Assembly (NCBI GenBank): GCA_003963235.1
Contig: RXKF01000009.1
Coordinates: 1-62,691, forward strand
Reading direction: 5' to 3'
Length of the DNA stretch: 62,691 bases
Source: Rickettsiales bacterium
GTDB taxonomy: Bacteria; Pseudomonadota; Alphaproteobacteria; Rickettsiales; Rickettsiaceae
In this document: piece by piece, positions 29,041 through 39,951 of the stretch
How positions within the stretch are numbered: the first letter of the stretch is position 1
Layout: every line of letters begins with the position of its first letter
Notes under the pieces: model-generated
What the model saw: the letters and a program-made list of their open reading frames with translations, nothing else
Database searches by the model: none
What the model was told of the DNA's origin: nothing
Translations under genes and position numbers: made by a program

Positions 29041-29922
29041 ATGAATAACATAGTAGCAGTTAATACCAGCAATGAAATTGACCAGCATATATGGTCAGCA
29101 TTAAAAAACAGCTTATATACTGGTGCTAAGGATGAAAGTATAAAAATGGTTCTTGATTATTGCAAGGCAGCAAAATTAGACCCTATGCAAAAGCCAGTTC
29201 ATATTGTCCCGATGAGTGTAAAAAATGCCGTTACAGGCAAATACGAATACAAGGACGTGGTTATGGCAGGTATTGGCTTATATAGAATACAGGCGGCACG
29301 TAGTAATCAATATGCTGGTGTAAGCGAGCCTGAATTTGGCGAAGATGTAACATGTAATTTAGGAGGAGTAGAAATTACCTATCCAAAATGGTGTAAGGTA
29401 ACAGTTAAAAAACTGGTAAATAATACTATTGTTGAATTTACTGCGAAAGAATACTGGTTAGAAAACTATGCTTCTAAAAAAGACGAACTGACACCTAATA
29501 CTATGTGGCGAAAAAGACCATATGGACAGCTAGCCAAATGTGCCGAGGCACAGGCCTTGCGTAAGGCTTTTCCTGAGATAGTAAGTCAGCATCCGACAGC
29601 TGAGGAAATGGAAGGCAAGAATTTTAACGATCTTGAAATGGAAGTTAAAAATATCACGCCAAAATCTGCTAGCATAAGTAGCAAGCTTGATTCTGTATTA
29701 TCTCATCAGGAAGAAGAGGTCAAAAACCTAGAGCCGAGCGAAACTCTAGCCGAATTAATAGAACTTATTAAACTGCATAATGTATCAAGCGAGATAATAA
29801 ATAAGTGGTGTAGCAAAGCTGGTGTTGAAAGCATCGCTGATTTAGGGGAGGAAAGGCAACTATCCTGTATTGAATGGATTAACAAGCAGTATAATTATTC
29901 GCTAAGCCCAGAGGCGGCATAA
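29041..29922 (+). CDS. bet: phage single-strand annealing protein Bet
   Basis: LDPMQKPVHIVP, GIGLYRIQAARS, MWRKRPYGQLAKCAEAQALRKAFP. Confidence 0.9.
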   Translation: MNNIVAVNTSNEIDQHIWSALKNSLYTGAKDESIKMVLDYCKAAKLDPMQKPVHIVPMSVKNAVTGKYEYKDVVMAGIGLYRIQAARSNQYAGVSEPEFGEDVTCNLGGVEITYPKWCKVTVKKLVNNTIVEFTAKEYWLENYASKKDELTPNTMWRKRPYGQLAKCAEAQALRKAFPEIVSQHPTAEEMEGKNFNDLEMEVKNITPKSASISSKLDSVLSHQEEEVKNLEPSETLAELIELIKLHNVSSEIINKWCSKAGVESIADLGEERQLSCIEWINKQYNYSLSPEAA

Positions 29923-30001
29923 GTTTAGAAAATACATCTAGATTTGCTTATTAAAATATGTTAACGTGAACAAACAATTACTCATTTTTTTCTGTTTTTA
30001 G

Positions 30002-30028
30002 AGGAGCTAAGGTTTTTAGCTCCTTTTT
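30002..30028 (+). terminator. intrinsic terminator after bet
   Basis: AGGAGCTAA-GGTTT-TTAGCTCCT followed by a T run. Confidence 0.8.
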
Positions 30029-30112
30029 CCTTTTTATGAAAAAACATGGATTAAGATTGTTTCTGCTATAATAAAAATAAAGCTTTTATTTTGTTATAGA
30101 CTAGAGGCAAGA

Positions 30113-31612
30113 ATGCAAAATTACGATCCATATTTAAATACCTACAACTATCCTTATAACAGTTCTGATCCTTATAACCTAGCTTCTGATGGCGATAATC
30201 AAATGCCTGATTCTCGTTATGAAGATGGAGGGTATGGTGATCCCAATATGTCTTACAGTAATGCTTATGATAATACAGGAGCGCAATATTCCTTTAAAGA
30301 AGGAGGCTCTGTTGGTGATGAGGACTTACCGAAGCTTGCCGATCTGATTCGAAGATATGGAAGGAACGGCGATACTGAGCTTGCCCATATTAATCCTATT
30401 GAAGCACAAATATTAAAAAGTTTAGGTGGTAGCGGTACGATAAATCCTGCTACCGGACTTCGTGAGTACAGTTTTTGGAAAAAACCATGGAAGGCAATAA
30501 GAAGTGTAATAGGAGGTGGAGCAGGAGCAGTTATCGGTAACATGATTGCGCCTGGAATAGGAGGTATTATTGGCGGCGCTATTGGTCAGGGAGCACAGCA
30601 CGCAGTAAGAGGTAAAAGTGCACTCGGCGGAGCTTTAAAAGGAGCAGGTATGGGTGCAGCTCTTCCATCTATGGCATCAGGGCTTGGATGGGGAGCAAGT
30701 AAGCTTGGAGCAACAGCTCTTGGCTCTAGCCTTAGTAATTACGGTACTACTAATGCAATATTGCCTTCCCTCGGTCTTGGTGGTTCAGGTAGTAGTGGAT
30801 TATTTGGTCTTGGAGGAAGTAATCCTTATGTAAGTGGTGGAGTTAGTGCTGCAACAGCACTTTCTTCTGGTATAGGAGGACTACCTGCTGGCTATGGACA
30901 ATATCCTCAAATGCAATATCCAGGCTACCCTTATGTAGATAACAGGGGTTTTCTAGAAAAGTTTGGTGATAATGCCAAAGACTATTTAACCGAGCCAGGG
31001 AATTTACTAACACTTGGAACAGTAGCGGCTCAATATGCTGGTCGGCAGAAGCCAAAAAGCCCAGAGAAAATAGCAGAAGAAGAGAGAAGGTATAGAAACG
31101 CAAGTCGGAGGACCATTGCAGAAGTTGAAGCTGACGAAGCTCTGGAAACTGCACGTGCCGATTTAGAAAAAAAGCGAAAAAACAAGCAGTTAGAAGAAGA
31201 TATAAAGAATATGGGTTCTGTTCACAGGCGTGTCGTATCTCCTGAAGAGTTTGCAAGAACCGGTCGCTGGCTTGAGTATACGGATGATGATGGTAGGCCT
31301 ATTAGAATGAAAGGCGGCGGGAGCGCACGCAGTCCTTATGCTTATCTGATGGAAGAGACTTATTATCCGACAAGCCCTATAAGTTATTTAAGTGGTGATA
31401 GTGGGGGGCAAGATGATTTGATTGATGCAAAGCTTAGCGACGGCGAATATGTATTTGACGCATCAACAGTGTCTGATTTAGGTGATGGTAATAATGCAGC
31501 TGGTGCACGTAAGCTCGACATATTCCGTGAAAATATCCGCCGGCATAAGAGAGGAGGAAAAGTAAATCTTCCTCCGCGTGCAAAATCTTTAGAGAGTTAT
31601 TTAAGAGGATAA
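30113..31612 (+). CDS. internal virion/ejection protein
   Basis: GRNGDTELAHINP.EA..LK.LGGSGTINP.TGL.EY, Gly-rich hydrophobic middle, DDLIDAKLSDGEYV. Confidence 0.7.
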   Translation: MQNYDPYLNTYNYPYNSSDPYNLASDGDNQMPDSRYEDGGYGDPNMSYSNAYDNTGAQYSFKEGGSVGDEDLPKLADLIRRYGRNGDTELAHINPIEAQILKSLGGSGTINPATGLREYSFWKKPWKAIRSVIGGGAGAVIGNMIAPGIGGIIGGAIGQGAQHAVRGKSALGGALKGAGMGAALPSMASGLGWGASKLGATALGSSLSNYGTTNAILPSLGLGGSGSSGLFGLGGSNPYVSGGVSAATALSSGIGGLPAGYGQYPQMQYPGYPYVDNRGFLEKFGDNAKDYLTEPGNLLTLGTVAAQYAGRQKPKSPEKIAEEERRYRNASRRTIAEVEADEALETARADLEKKRKNKQLEEDIKNMGSVHRRVVSPEEFARTGRWLEYTDDDGRPIRMKGGGSARSPYAYLMEETYYPTSPISYLSGDSGGQDDLIDAKLSDGEYVFDASTVSDLGDGNNAAGARKLDIFRENIRRHKRGGKVNLPPRAKSLESYLRG

Positions 31613-31613
31613 T

Positions 31614-33560
31614 ATGAAAACACAAAACTTAAATGACCTAAGAGAACAAGCCTTAGCCGTTATTAATCGTGATGTAGGGCGAATGGTAGCTAACCCTACA
31701 CCTGTATATAGGGGAAAGACTAGCGTTCCGATGTCTGCTTTAACACAGAGGAAACGTGCTTTAGAAGATCAGTTTGCGAGTAACCCCGCTCCTTACTCGG
31801 TGGAGGCAAACAGCGTTTTTAATAGAACTCCGCAAGGTTTTAATGAAGGGCAAAAGACCTCTTTACTGGATATACTCTCATCAGGTCAAAGAGGGGTGGG
31901 TAATACCGGATGGAGGATGATGGGAAAGCAGTTTGGAGATAGGACTAATAGCAGACAATCGGGGTTTTATAATAAATTTGATAAGAATCTAAATAAGGGG
32001 CTTCCATTATCACGCGTCGGTATAGATGCTTTAAGTAACGATGCACAGAGCCTTGATTCTGAATATAATTCCGGACTTGGCAATAGTTTAAATGCTCTTG
32101 GTAATAGCGAAAAGGCAAAGAGGGCAGGACTTACTAATATGCTGGGGCAATTCGGCAATCAGCAGCATATATACTCACATTTGGCAAATTCTGAAGATAA
32201 GAACAAGTACTACGCGGAATTAAATGCTCCAAAGCAAAAGATGAAGGCGTTATACAATATAGTAAATAGCGGGGGTAATCCTGATAACATGGGGCCTTAT
32301 GGTGAAGCGGCCGGCATCAAAGTGCTTGAAAAGGGGCTAAATCTTTATAATAGCCCGACTCCTACTTACAGTGGTCAGCAGCTAGCTAATGTGCCTGAAG
32401 AATTAGCGGTATCGCATCGCTTACTTGGAGATTTGAGCCATGATTATAATGATTCATCAAGGGAAGCAAGAGATAAGCTTTATGGCTCGTTAATGGGGCG
32501 AGAGAATGTTGGCTCGCGAGCTATAGGCGATTTACCTACGATTTATGATCCGCAAGTAGATAAACTTGATTCTGATACCAAACGTCTTTTAAAAGCAGAG
32601 AAAGCCAGAATCAGTATGGATCATGAGCGAAAGGGTACTTATGGATCACAATCACATTTATCACAAACCGAGGATGCTATTAATAGAATTGCTAAAAGCC
32701 GTTTTGGTAATAGAAACAATTTACTTCAGGATGTACTCAGAGGAAGAATGAGCAGTTTAAATAAAAGCGACATGAATGATTTAAACCAGTTAAATAGTTT
32801 AGGTCAGCAAGGATTGTCCGAATATCAGGATGTACTTGGCAAGATTAGCGGAATGAACCAGCTCGGAGTAGACAAATGGCTAAATGCACAGGATGAATTA
32901 AATCAGAAACGGGAGCGATTTGAAGAAGAGAGGAATCAGGAATGGCCTGGGGGATCAGGTAGTGATATTGTCAAATACAACGTAAGCCCAGAAATCAGCA
33001 GTATTTTTGCTAATCCGAATGTAAGTAGTAACCCTTCTGTTTATACGCCGTCTTTAAGGCCTAATATTCATGCACTTGCACAATATGCACAAACTGTACC
33101 GGTAAGTCATAGTGAAACGGAGCTTGAGAGTAATTTAAATCAGGATATGGGAGGTATCAAGAATTATGCTGATTTTGAAAATACTAAGATTCAAAAAAAG
33201 AGAGAAGATGAGGTAAGACGTAAAGAGGAAGAAAAGCAGCGAGTATTAAGAATAGCAGAAGAAAATAAGCAAGCTCAAATTAGGAAAGATCAGGAATTAA
33301 AAATAGCGGAAGAAAATAGACAAGCTTTGCTTAAAAGAAAAGCTTTAGCTGAAAGCAAATTAAAACAAAAAGATATTGAATTAAAAAGGCAACAAGATGA
33401 ACTAGCAAAAGTACAACAAAGATTTAACCTCATGTATCATTTTGGTCTTGATTATCATAATTATGATAGAGATAAAGCTAGAATAGCCGTATTGCAACCA
33501 AGGATACAGAACATATTAGATAGTATGTCTTACTGGAAAAAATATGCTAATTTAATTTAA
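31614..33560 (+). CDS. internal virion/ejection protein
   Basis: Q/N/G-rich helical protein with duplicated PTP.Y.G motif and C-terminal coiled coil. Confidence 0.6.
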   Translation: MKTQNLNDLREQALAVINRDVGRMVANPTPVYRGKTSVPMSALTQRKRALEDQFASNPAPYSVEANSVFNRTPQGFNEGQKTSLLDILSSGQRGVGNTGWRMMGKQFGDRTNSRQSGFYNKFDKNLNKGLPLSRVGIDALSNDAQSLDSEYNSGLGNSLNALGNSEKAKRAGLTNMLGQFGNQQHIYSHLANSEDKNKYYAELNAPKQKMKALYNIVNSGGNPDNMGPYGEAAGIKVLEKGLNLYNSPTPTYSGQQLANVPEELAVSHRLLGDLSHDYNDSSREARDKLYGSLMGRENVGSRAIGDLPTIYDPQVDKLDSDTKRLLKAEKARISMDHERKGTYGSQSHLSQTEDAINRIAKSRFGNRNNLLQDVLRGRMSSLNKSDMNDLNQLNSLGQQGLSEYQDVLGKISGMNQLGVDKWLNAQDELNQKRERFEEERNQEWPGGSGSDIVKYNVSPEISSIFANPNVSSNPSVYTPSLRPNIHALAQYAQTVPVSHSETELESNLNQDMGGIKNYADFENTKIQKKREDEVRRKEEEKQRVLRIAEENKQAQIRKDQELKIAEENRQALLKRKALAESKLKQKDIELKRQQDELAKVQQRFNLMYHFGLDYHNYDRDKARIAVLQPRIQNILDSMSYWKKYANLI

Positions 33561-33562
33561 TT

Positions 33563-34510
33563 ATGATTATGGAAGAAGAAATATTAAATCGCATGCAAGC
33601 TTTGCCGGAAAGAAAGAATCCTTTTGATGAGGGAATAGCAAAAGCAATTATCAGCTCAAGGAATAATTTAGGGATGAGCAGGGATCAGCAGCATAGAGCG
33701 ATAAATAATGCGTTACTTGCTCTTGGTAATGGTTTAGCAACCGAGCCTGTGCAACGTGGTTTTAAGAATAATTTAGGGGTAATAGGGCGGGCAATGAATC
33801 CAGCACTCTCGGCTTATAATACTAGCGAGGATGCTGCAATTGCTGAAAATGAGCGTTTGGCTAATCAAGTTCTGCAACATCAAAGAGCAGAGCAAGCTTT
33901 AGCGGACGCTCGAGAAGACAAAGCCTGGCATCGTAAATTCCAAGAGAGGCAATTGGAGGAGACTAAGAGACATCATAATTTATTGGATAACTTCAAAAGG
34001 GAAAAAGGGGGCAGCAAAAATTTACTAGATAATTTTAAGAAAAGTAAAGAAGAACAAGAAAAGCAGGAAACTTTGAACGAGTTGAAAGGAATGCTGACTC
34101 ATGCAGAAAATACGGTTACGAATCTTGGCTCTGAAGGGGAGAGGTCGCTCTTGGCAAAAAACTTCCGATCAAAATTCAGTAATCAGGAATATAGTCCGGA
34201 TCAGGCAAAGATTTGGGCAATAGGTGAGGTATTACGCGGGAAATTGAATAAAGCTTTTAAATACACCAATCAGGAAGAATTTAAACACATACCAACGATA
34301 TCGCCTGATAATGATATGGCAACAAATTTAAACGTTATTAATGATTTAAGAGCTATGCTCGGTATAAGTGCTGATGAAGGGGATAAGAGCACTAACGGCG
34401 GCGATAGAGTTTTAATGCTTGATCCAATAACAGGTACAAAAGATTGGGTTCATAAAGATTGGGTGCAAGATGCCATAGATAATGACGGTTTGCAGGTAGT
34501 CAATGAGTAA
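33563..34510 (+). CDS. probable ejection protein
   Basis: position; charged helical composition, LEETKRHHN. Confidence 0.5.
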   Translation: MIMEEEILNRMQALPERKNPFDEGIAKAIISSRNNLGMSRDQQHRAINNALLALGNGLATEPVQRGFKNNLGVIGRAMNPALSAYNTSEDAAIAENERLANQVLQHQRAEQALADAREDKAWHRKFQERQLEETKRHHNLLDNFKREKGGSKNLLDNFKKSKEEQEKQETLNELKGMLTHAENTVTNLGSEGERSLLAKNFRSKFSNQEYSPDQAKIWAIGEVLRGKLNKAFKYTNQEEFKHIPTISPDNDMATNLNVINDLRAMLGISADEGDKSTNGGDRVLMLDPITGTKDWVHKDWVQDAIDNDGLQVVNE

Positions 34511-36317
34511 ATTTGATAAGTATAAAGCTCCTAAAAATATAGATAGAGATCAATTACCGAGCCAAAGAAGTGGTGTATTTGATAAATACCGGAGTCCTAA
34601 AGCTGTAGCAAAAGAAAACTCGCCGTCTTTTCTTGATAGGGCTTCACAATTCGGCAAGGGGGCATTATCAGGTTTTATGAGAAGCGGGTTAGCGGAAGGA
34701 GCAGATCAATTCGGGGCAGGTGTTATAGAGGTAGCACCCGGAGTTGTTGCTCCAATCCTGCCAGAGTCCGCAGAATTCATAGCTAAGTCAGCAAGTAGAG
34801 GACTTGAGGCTTTGGATGCCATGAAACCTAAGGAGAATGATAGTTTAGGGAATATTCTATATAAAGCCGGAGAATTTGGAGGAGCTACAGCAAGTATGCC
34901 TCTTCCAACCGGCGCTTCGTTAAATGCTGCCGGAAGTGCAATTCGAGGGGGTGGTAAATCTTTATTAACCAAATTTGCCAAAGATGTAGGAACGGGCAGT
35001 AGCATAGGGGCAGGGTCTGGAGTAATGCAGGAAGCAGGAGTTGATCCGTTATATGCTGATCTGATATCTAGCGTTGCTACTCCTACCGCTATTATTAAAA
35101 GTAAAAGTCTGTTAAATAACTTTACAAAACCTCGCCAAACGCTCGCAAAAATACCAATGAAAATTATGGGGTTAACGCCTAAGAGTATGAATATTGAAGC
35201 AGCGAGGGCAGCAAGAGATTTAGGCATAGATTTACCGGCTGCGGCAGTTACCGATTCTAAATTAACGGCCTTAGCTGATCAGTACGTGGGGAAAGCTCCC
35301 ATTTTTGGTAATAAGTTAAAAAATAAATATGCACTTGCCGAAGAACAGACACAAAAAGTATTAAGTGATATTTTAGATGAAATTGGTCCGTCAAGGACTC
35401 CTGAAATAGAAGGTCATATTGCCAGTTTATATAATAAAGTAGCGACTTCATTACCACAGGAGGCAAAAGTATTACCGGTTAATCTTAAAAAGGTAATTGA
35501 TGATATTAAGATAAATACGGCTATTCTTTCCCATGATGAAAAAAGCCTCCTGCAGTCACTTGAAACTATTAAAAATGAGATTGAACCGGCATCAAAGATA
35601 GTCAGTCAGTATGGTCCTATAAAGTTACCACTGCAAGAATATGACGTTAATAAACTGGTTGGGACTAAAAAGAGCCTGAATTCGATCATAAAATGGGATA
35701 CAGACGCGGGAGTTAAAAATCAGCTTAAGAAAATACAAAAAGCGATTTCACGGGATATCCAGGAGTACGGCAAGAGTAACCCCGAGTGGTATGATGCTTT
35801 TAAGGAAGCCGATAAATTATACGGGGATGTAGCTAGAAGAGAAAAACTGGAAAATATACTCGGCCATAAAGCTACGAATTACGCTACTGAAAGTCTATCT
35901 TACAACGCTCTTGCTAAAGCAATAAACAATCCTAAAAATAGTGTATCTATTAGAAAACAGCTTACGCCTGAAGTTTTTAAAAAAATACAGAAATTAGGTA
36001 CTGTTGCTAAAGCTATGGCTATAAAAAGTAAAAATATTCCTAATCCATCAGGGACGGCTACTACCGGTGGGATTAGTGCGGCAATTTTTGGATTGTTTTA
36101 TGATCCTATTATAACCGCCAAGCTTCTTGGCGGGGGATATGGTGCGAGCAGGTTATTAACTGATAAAAAGTTTTTGGATTTAGCCTTAAAATTAGCGGAA
36201 AATCCTAATAACCTTGCAACTAGTACCGCTTTAAATCATCGCATTAAAGAAATTACCGGATACCCAGCTATAGCTTTAAATAAAAATTTGCAGGAGATGA
36301 ATAACCTACCAGAATAA
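34503..36317 (+). CDS. probable DNA-transfer/ejection protein
   Basis: FDKY repeats, Gly/Ala-rich segments, NPSGTA near C-terminus. Confidence 0.6.
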   Translation: MSKFDKYKAPKNIDRDQLPSQRSGVFDKYRSPKAVAKENSPSFLDRASQFGKGALSGFMRSGLAEGADQFGAGVIEVAPGVVAPILPESAEFIAKSASRGLEALDAMKPKENDSLGNILYKAGEFGGATASMPLPTGASLNAAGSAIRGGGKSLLTKFAKDVGTGSSIGAGSGVMQEAGVDPLYADLISSVATPTAIIKSKSLLNNFTKPRQTLAKIPMKIMGLTPKSMNIEAARAARDLGIDLPAAAVTDSKLTALADQYVGKAPIFGNKLKNKYALAEEQTQKVLSDILDEIGPSRTPEIEGHIASLYNKVATSLPQEAKVLPVNLKKVIDDIKINTAILSHDEKSLLQSLETIKNEIEPASKIVSQYGPIKLPLQEYDVNKLVGTKKSLNSIIKWDTDAGVKNQLKKIQKAISRDIQEYGKSNPEWYDAFKEADKLYGDVARREKLENILGHKATNYATESLSYNALAKAINNPKNSVSIRKQLTPEVFKKIQKLGTVAKAMAIKSKNIPNPSGTATTGGISAAIFGLFYDPIITAKLLGGGYGASRLLTDKKFLDLALKLAENPNNLATSTALNHRIKEITGYPAIALNKNLQEMNNLPE

Positions 36318-36383
36318 CCAAAAATGCTTTTAAGTACACGTTAAATCTGTTATTTTAAGTTGAATATTTAATAACTTTGGATT

Positions 36384-36596
36384 GTGTTCATGAAAAGAGG
36401 TGTTGTTAAATTTTATTCTACCGAAGGCAAGTATGGATTTATTAAACCTGATGATGGTTCAAAGGATGTTTTTGTTCATCAGAATGATCTTAAAACATCA
36501 GGTATAGAAAAGATAACAAAGAATCAGAAAGTAGAGTATGAGCTAGCTACTAAAAAGGAAAAAGTATTTGCTATCAACGTTAAGATCATAGATTAA
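36384..36596 (+). CDS. csp: cold-shock domain protein (start probably 36390)
   Basis: KYGFIKPDDGSKDVFVH RNP motifs. Confidence 0.92.
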   Translation: MFMKRGVVKFYSTEGKYGFIKPDDGSKDVFVHQNDLKTSGIEKITKNQKVEYELATKKEKVFAINVKIID

Positions 36597-36714
36597 TTTA
36601 TCCACAAAAATCTTGATAACTTTGTATATTATCTTTGCTAAAGGTTAGTTTTTTAAGGCTTTACCGGTAACGCTTAGGAAATAGGCAATCCAGATTATTA
36701 TCAGTTAAATAAAA

Positions 36715-37191
36715 TTAACCTTCAATTTTCTCTTGGTAATTTAGTACAAAATCAAGTAGGGCAAGACTATCGGCCTCATTATCGTCAACCGGAGCAAAAC
36801 CCTTGTTTTTAACAGCTGTTATTACGGATTCCTTGGGAGCATTTCCTTTGCCTGTAATATGCTTCTTTATCGTTCCAACAGGTATGCCGCTGTAGGGTAT
36901 CCGGTGATGTTCGCACCAGCTGGTCAGGTGAGCAACGAATCCTCCGTATTTATGGGCGGCGTCTACTCCTTTATGGGCTCTTACTTCCTCAAAATAGATC
37001 GCATCAATATTCCCTAAAGTTGCCTTTAAATCGGTAAGCCATCGTTTAAAACGTAAAAAAGGCATGCCGCCGCCTTCAAACCTACCGGTTTTAAAGCTAG
37101 TAGTCCCAGAAGTTATGTTACCAGATAAATCGCAGGTAGCCCAGCCGGTAGTAGTACCAAGGTCTAGAGCCACAATTATTGATCTGCTCAC
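36715..37191 (-). CDS. phage RuvC-like Holliday junction resolvase
   Basis: ALDLGTTTGWA, YFEEV, IKKHITGKGNA.K, DDNEADS; GTG at 37191 preferred because the promoter lies at 37205-37241. Confidence 0.85.
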   Translation of the reverse strand: MSRSIIVALDLGTTTGWATCDLSGNITSGTTSFKTGRFEGGGMPFLRFKRWLTDLKATLGNIDAIYFEEVRAHKGVDAAHKYGGFVAHLTSWCEHHRIPYSGIPVGTIKKHITGKGNAPKESVITAVKNKGFAPVDDNEADSLALLDFVLNYQEKIEG

Positions 37192-37244
37192 TTTTTTCTT
37201 TTTTATTATACCACAGAACACTTGTAGTCTTAAAAAATCGTAGT

Positions 37245-37514
37245 TTATTCTGGATCAGATAGCATAACCAGATAGGCTTTTTTTGCCCATTCTTCCCAGT
37301 TTTTAAAAGCAAGCTCTCCATCCTTTTTACGAACGTCTTTATAGGGACTTGGTACTCCGGCAATCATAAACGGTTCGATACTGATTAAGTCTTGCGCCCA
37401 TGCTGCCCATTTCGTTTCATCATGAAGTACAGGAAGAGGAAAATCCGAGTAATCATCGCAGACCGTAGCTGCCCAGTATTTAATGCTAATATATTTAGGA
37501 TAAACGCTAATCAT
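37245..37514 (-). CDS. small Trp-rich virion-module protein
   Basis: W.AWA...PSPY...WEEWA; coupled to the nozzle gene. Confidence 0.6.
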   Translation of the reverse strand: MISVYPKYISIKYWAATVCDDYSDFPLPVLHDETKWAAWAQDLISIEPFMIAGVPSPYKDVRKKDGELAFKNWEEWAKKAYLVMLSDPE

Positions 37515-39256
37515 GGTCTACCATCATCTATTTCAGCTAAAACAAAGGTAGTTCCCATCTGATAACCAGAACCGATACCTTCTGATTTGAAAGTAAAATT
37601 AATGTTTCTTCCTTGTTTGCGTTCATTAATAGCAGGTCTAATAGAATTTTCTTCTCCATCAATAGTAAGGTCATAAGTGGCTGTTACAGGAGCACTTGCG
37701 GGATATTCATACGTATTGATACTAACAGTCATCTTTATCTTTTTTGTACCTACAATATTAGGCTCTATTCTCTCTATACCTATGTTGTAATCAATTCCTG
37801 CTACCTGTTTTTGTGGGTTAAAGGTAGCATAAGAAATTATAGGTGTGGTAAAGAAGGATGGGATGGGTTTAACCTGCTCTTCTACTTCCTTATAAAGATT
37901 GACCTGATCGTTTCCGACTTCATGTTGCCAGACATAACTGTTATTATCACCTTCGTAAGGACTTAAGTTCTTTCCTACAGTGTACATATTACCGCCGGTA
38001 TTATCGAAATAACCCGCTGCCCTTTCTATATCCGTATCATACCAGGTATTATCTACAACATTGTAAATAACGGCTCTGGTGCATCCAACATTAGCATCTT
38101 TCCCCTTTTCAGGGTAGAACCACCATATTTCATCTCTGCTTACGTTTTTGACACCAAAGACTCTCTGACGCTTACTCATATCAATAGTATCAAAAAAGGT
38201 CTGACGATTGAGATTATTCTCAAGCGGAAGCACTACGCCGTTGAATACAAAAAACCTTTGCGTTCCAGGCCAGTAGAATATTCCGTCATATTCAACTACG
38301 CTATTTGAAGATAAAATGGAGCTATCTCTTGATAATACCTTTCTACTAAAAGAAAGGTCATCAGGATCATCAATAATCTGATTATTGCTACCTGTAGTAT
38401 TGGTAATAAGAACAACAGAGCCGAGTGTCCAGAAGATTATTGTCGGCGAGTTTGCTCCTCCTCTCCATTCTGCGCCGTAGATTACTTTATCGGTGCTAAT
38501 ATTGATGGAATATTTATCTTCAAAAAACAGGAATGGGCAGGTTATGTTTGTTTTTTTATTTAATTTTTCTTGTGATGCTGAAGACCATCTAACAAGCCCA
38601 TTGTTGCCGTAATAAAATAATCTGTTTCCAACGTAAAGCATTCCTCCTGTTGCTTCTTTAAAAATAAAATTATCTTCTGTAGGTATAGGTTGTTTAAATT
38701 CTTCATTTTGGTTTTTAACCGGATCTGCTTTAAATTTTACTGTCCAGAACTCACCGGTATCTTTCTTTGCCAAGATAGTAGAAACTGCTTCGTTGCTATT
38801 AATATCTAAGTAGTTTTTCATCCCTAAACACAATATTAACTCTGTTTTAACATTATTAATAATGCTTATGACTACAACAAATTGTGTCAAGGTATTGGTA
38901 GGATTAGTAAACTTCTTAAAATAAGTTAAGGTTTGACCACCAATATTGTTATAAGTAGCATCTATTACGCTATATTTATGTTGCTGAGTAACAAGGGAAA
39001 CTCCAACTAAAATGTGTTTATTTCCATCACTATCATAGTATATAAGAGCTGCAGTTGGAGTAGAGCTAGGTGGTAGCAGTTCAGGTACAGTTTGCAGATA
39101 TAGTACATAATTTTTCATTCCGCCAATATTCTGAGGCCAGCCTCTAAAAAATCTGACCCATTGGCCCTTGGTGCAGTAACTTCCTTGAAAAGGAGAACCA
39201 TCACGTAGTATTCCCGGTTTATAGATAATAGGAAACATCTGTTTTTGCGTAGCCAT
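37511..39256 (-). CDS. putative tail nozzle/stabilisation protein
   Basis: KPGI.RD, WVRF, EIWWFYP, RAVIYN..W; size and position. Confidence 0.65.
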   Translation of the reverse strand: MATQKQMFPIIYKPGILRDGSPFQGSYCTKGQWVRFFRGWPQNIGGMKNYVLYLQTVPELLPPSSTPTAALIYYDSDGNKHILVGVSLVTQQHKYSVIDATYNNIGGQTLTYFKKFTNPTNTLTQFVVVISIINNVKTELILCLGMKNYLDINSNEAVSTILAKKDTGEFWTVKFKADPVKNQNEEFKQPIPTEDNFIFKEATGGMLYVGNRLFYYGNNGLVRWSSASQEKLNKKTNITCPFLFFEDKYSINISTDKVIYGAEWRGGANSPTIIFWTLGSVVLITNTTGSNNQIIDDPDDLSFSRKVLSRDSSILSSNSVVEYDGIFYWPGTQRFFVFNGVVLPLENNLNRQTFFDTIDMSKRQRVFGVKNVSRDEIWWFYPEKGKDANVGCTRAVIYNVVDNTWYDTDIERAAGYFDNTGGNMYTVGKNLSPYEGDNNSYVWQHEVGNDQVNLYKEVEEQVKPIPSFFTTPIISYATFNPQKQVAGIDYNIGIERIEPNIVGTKKIKMTVSINTYEYPASAPVTATYDLTIDGEENSIRPAINERKQGRNINFTFKSEGIGSGYQMGTTFVLAEIDDGRP

Positions 39257-39259
39257 AAA

Positions 39260-39928
39260 TTACCCTATATCTCTTTTTACACTGCGATCGATGTAACGAT
39301 CTTTGGTCAAATTATTAGCAGACGTTAAGCTTTCCTGATATAATTTTGTATAGACAGGCATTCTCTGATCATCTTTTAAATAAATAAGAGCCTCTAAAAA
39401 GGCGGCATAAAATAGAAGATCAGGGTAATAGTCTGTTAGTATGTTTGTTTGATTCTCATTTGTAATTAAATTAGGTCTTCCTATGTAAGTTATTTGGTAA
39501 TTATATGCTTTATCCGGAGTTGGAACGATCAGATAATACTTATAAGGACTTACATTTTCCTGTCCTGGCTGATAATCTGAGTAAAACAGGGGAGGATTAG
39601 CCGCGTCGCTTAAATTAACATTTGGCCAGTAATTTATACAGAACTCGTAACTTCTAGGAAACAGGACAACGTTATTGATAAAAAAGTTATCTTCCGAACC
39701 ATAAATTATTGAGATGGTTTCCTGCCAATCGGCAGGCTTTTCAATAGTGGCATTATTTACCTGAAACTTTTTAAGCTGTGTAGTTTTTTGAAAACCTGTG
39801 GTATTTAGCTCCTTCCAGATTTTCTGCTGTCCCATCTCAATAAAATAGGGAATAGAGGCGGCAAATTCAATGCTACCACCTCTATTGGCATAAGCTATTA
39901 TCTGGTTAAAGAGAGTAGTATAGTTCAT
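39260..39928 (-). CDS. putative tail adaptor/tubular protein
   Basis: MNY..L, PTPD..Y, YPDLLFYAA.LEA. Confidence 0.65.
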   Translation of the reverse strand: MNYTTLFNQIIAYANRGGSIEFAASIPYFIEMGQQKIWKELNTTGFQKTTQLKKFQVNNATIEKPADWQETISIIYGSEDNFFINNVVLFPRSYEFCINYWPNVNLSDAANPPLFYSDYQPGQENVSPYKYYLIVPTPDKAYNYQITYIGRPNLITNENQTNILTDYYPDLLFYAAFLEALIYLKDDQRMPVYTKLYQESLTSANNLTKDRYIDRSVKRDIG

Positions 39929-39951
39929 TTACTAATAAGCTTTTTAACTTT

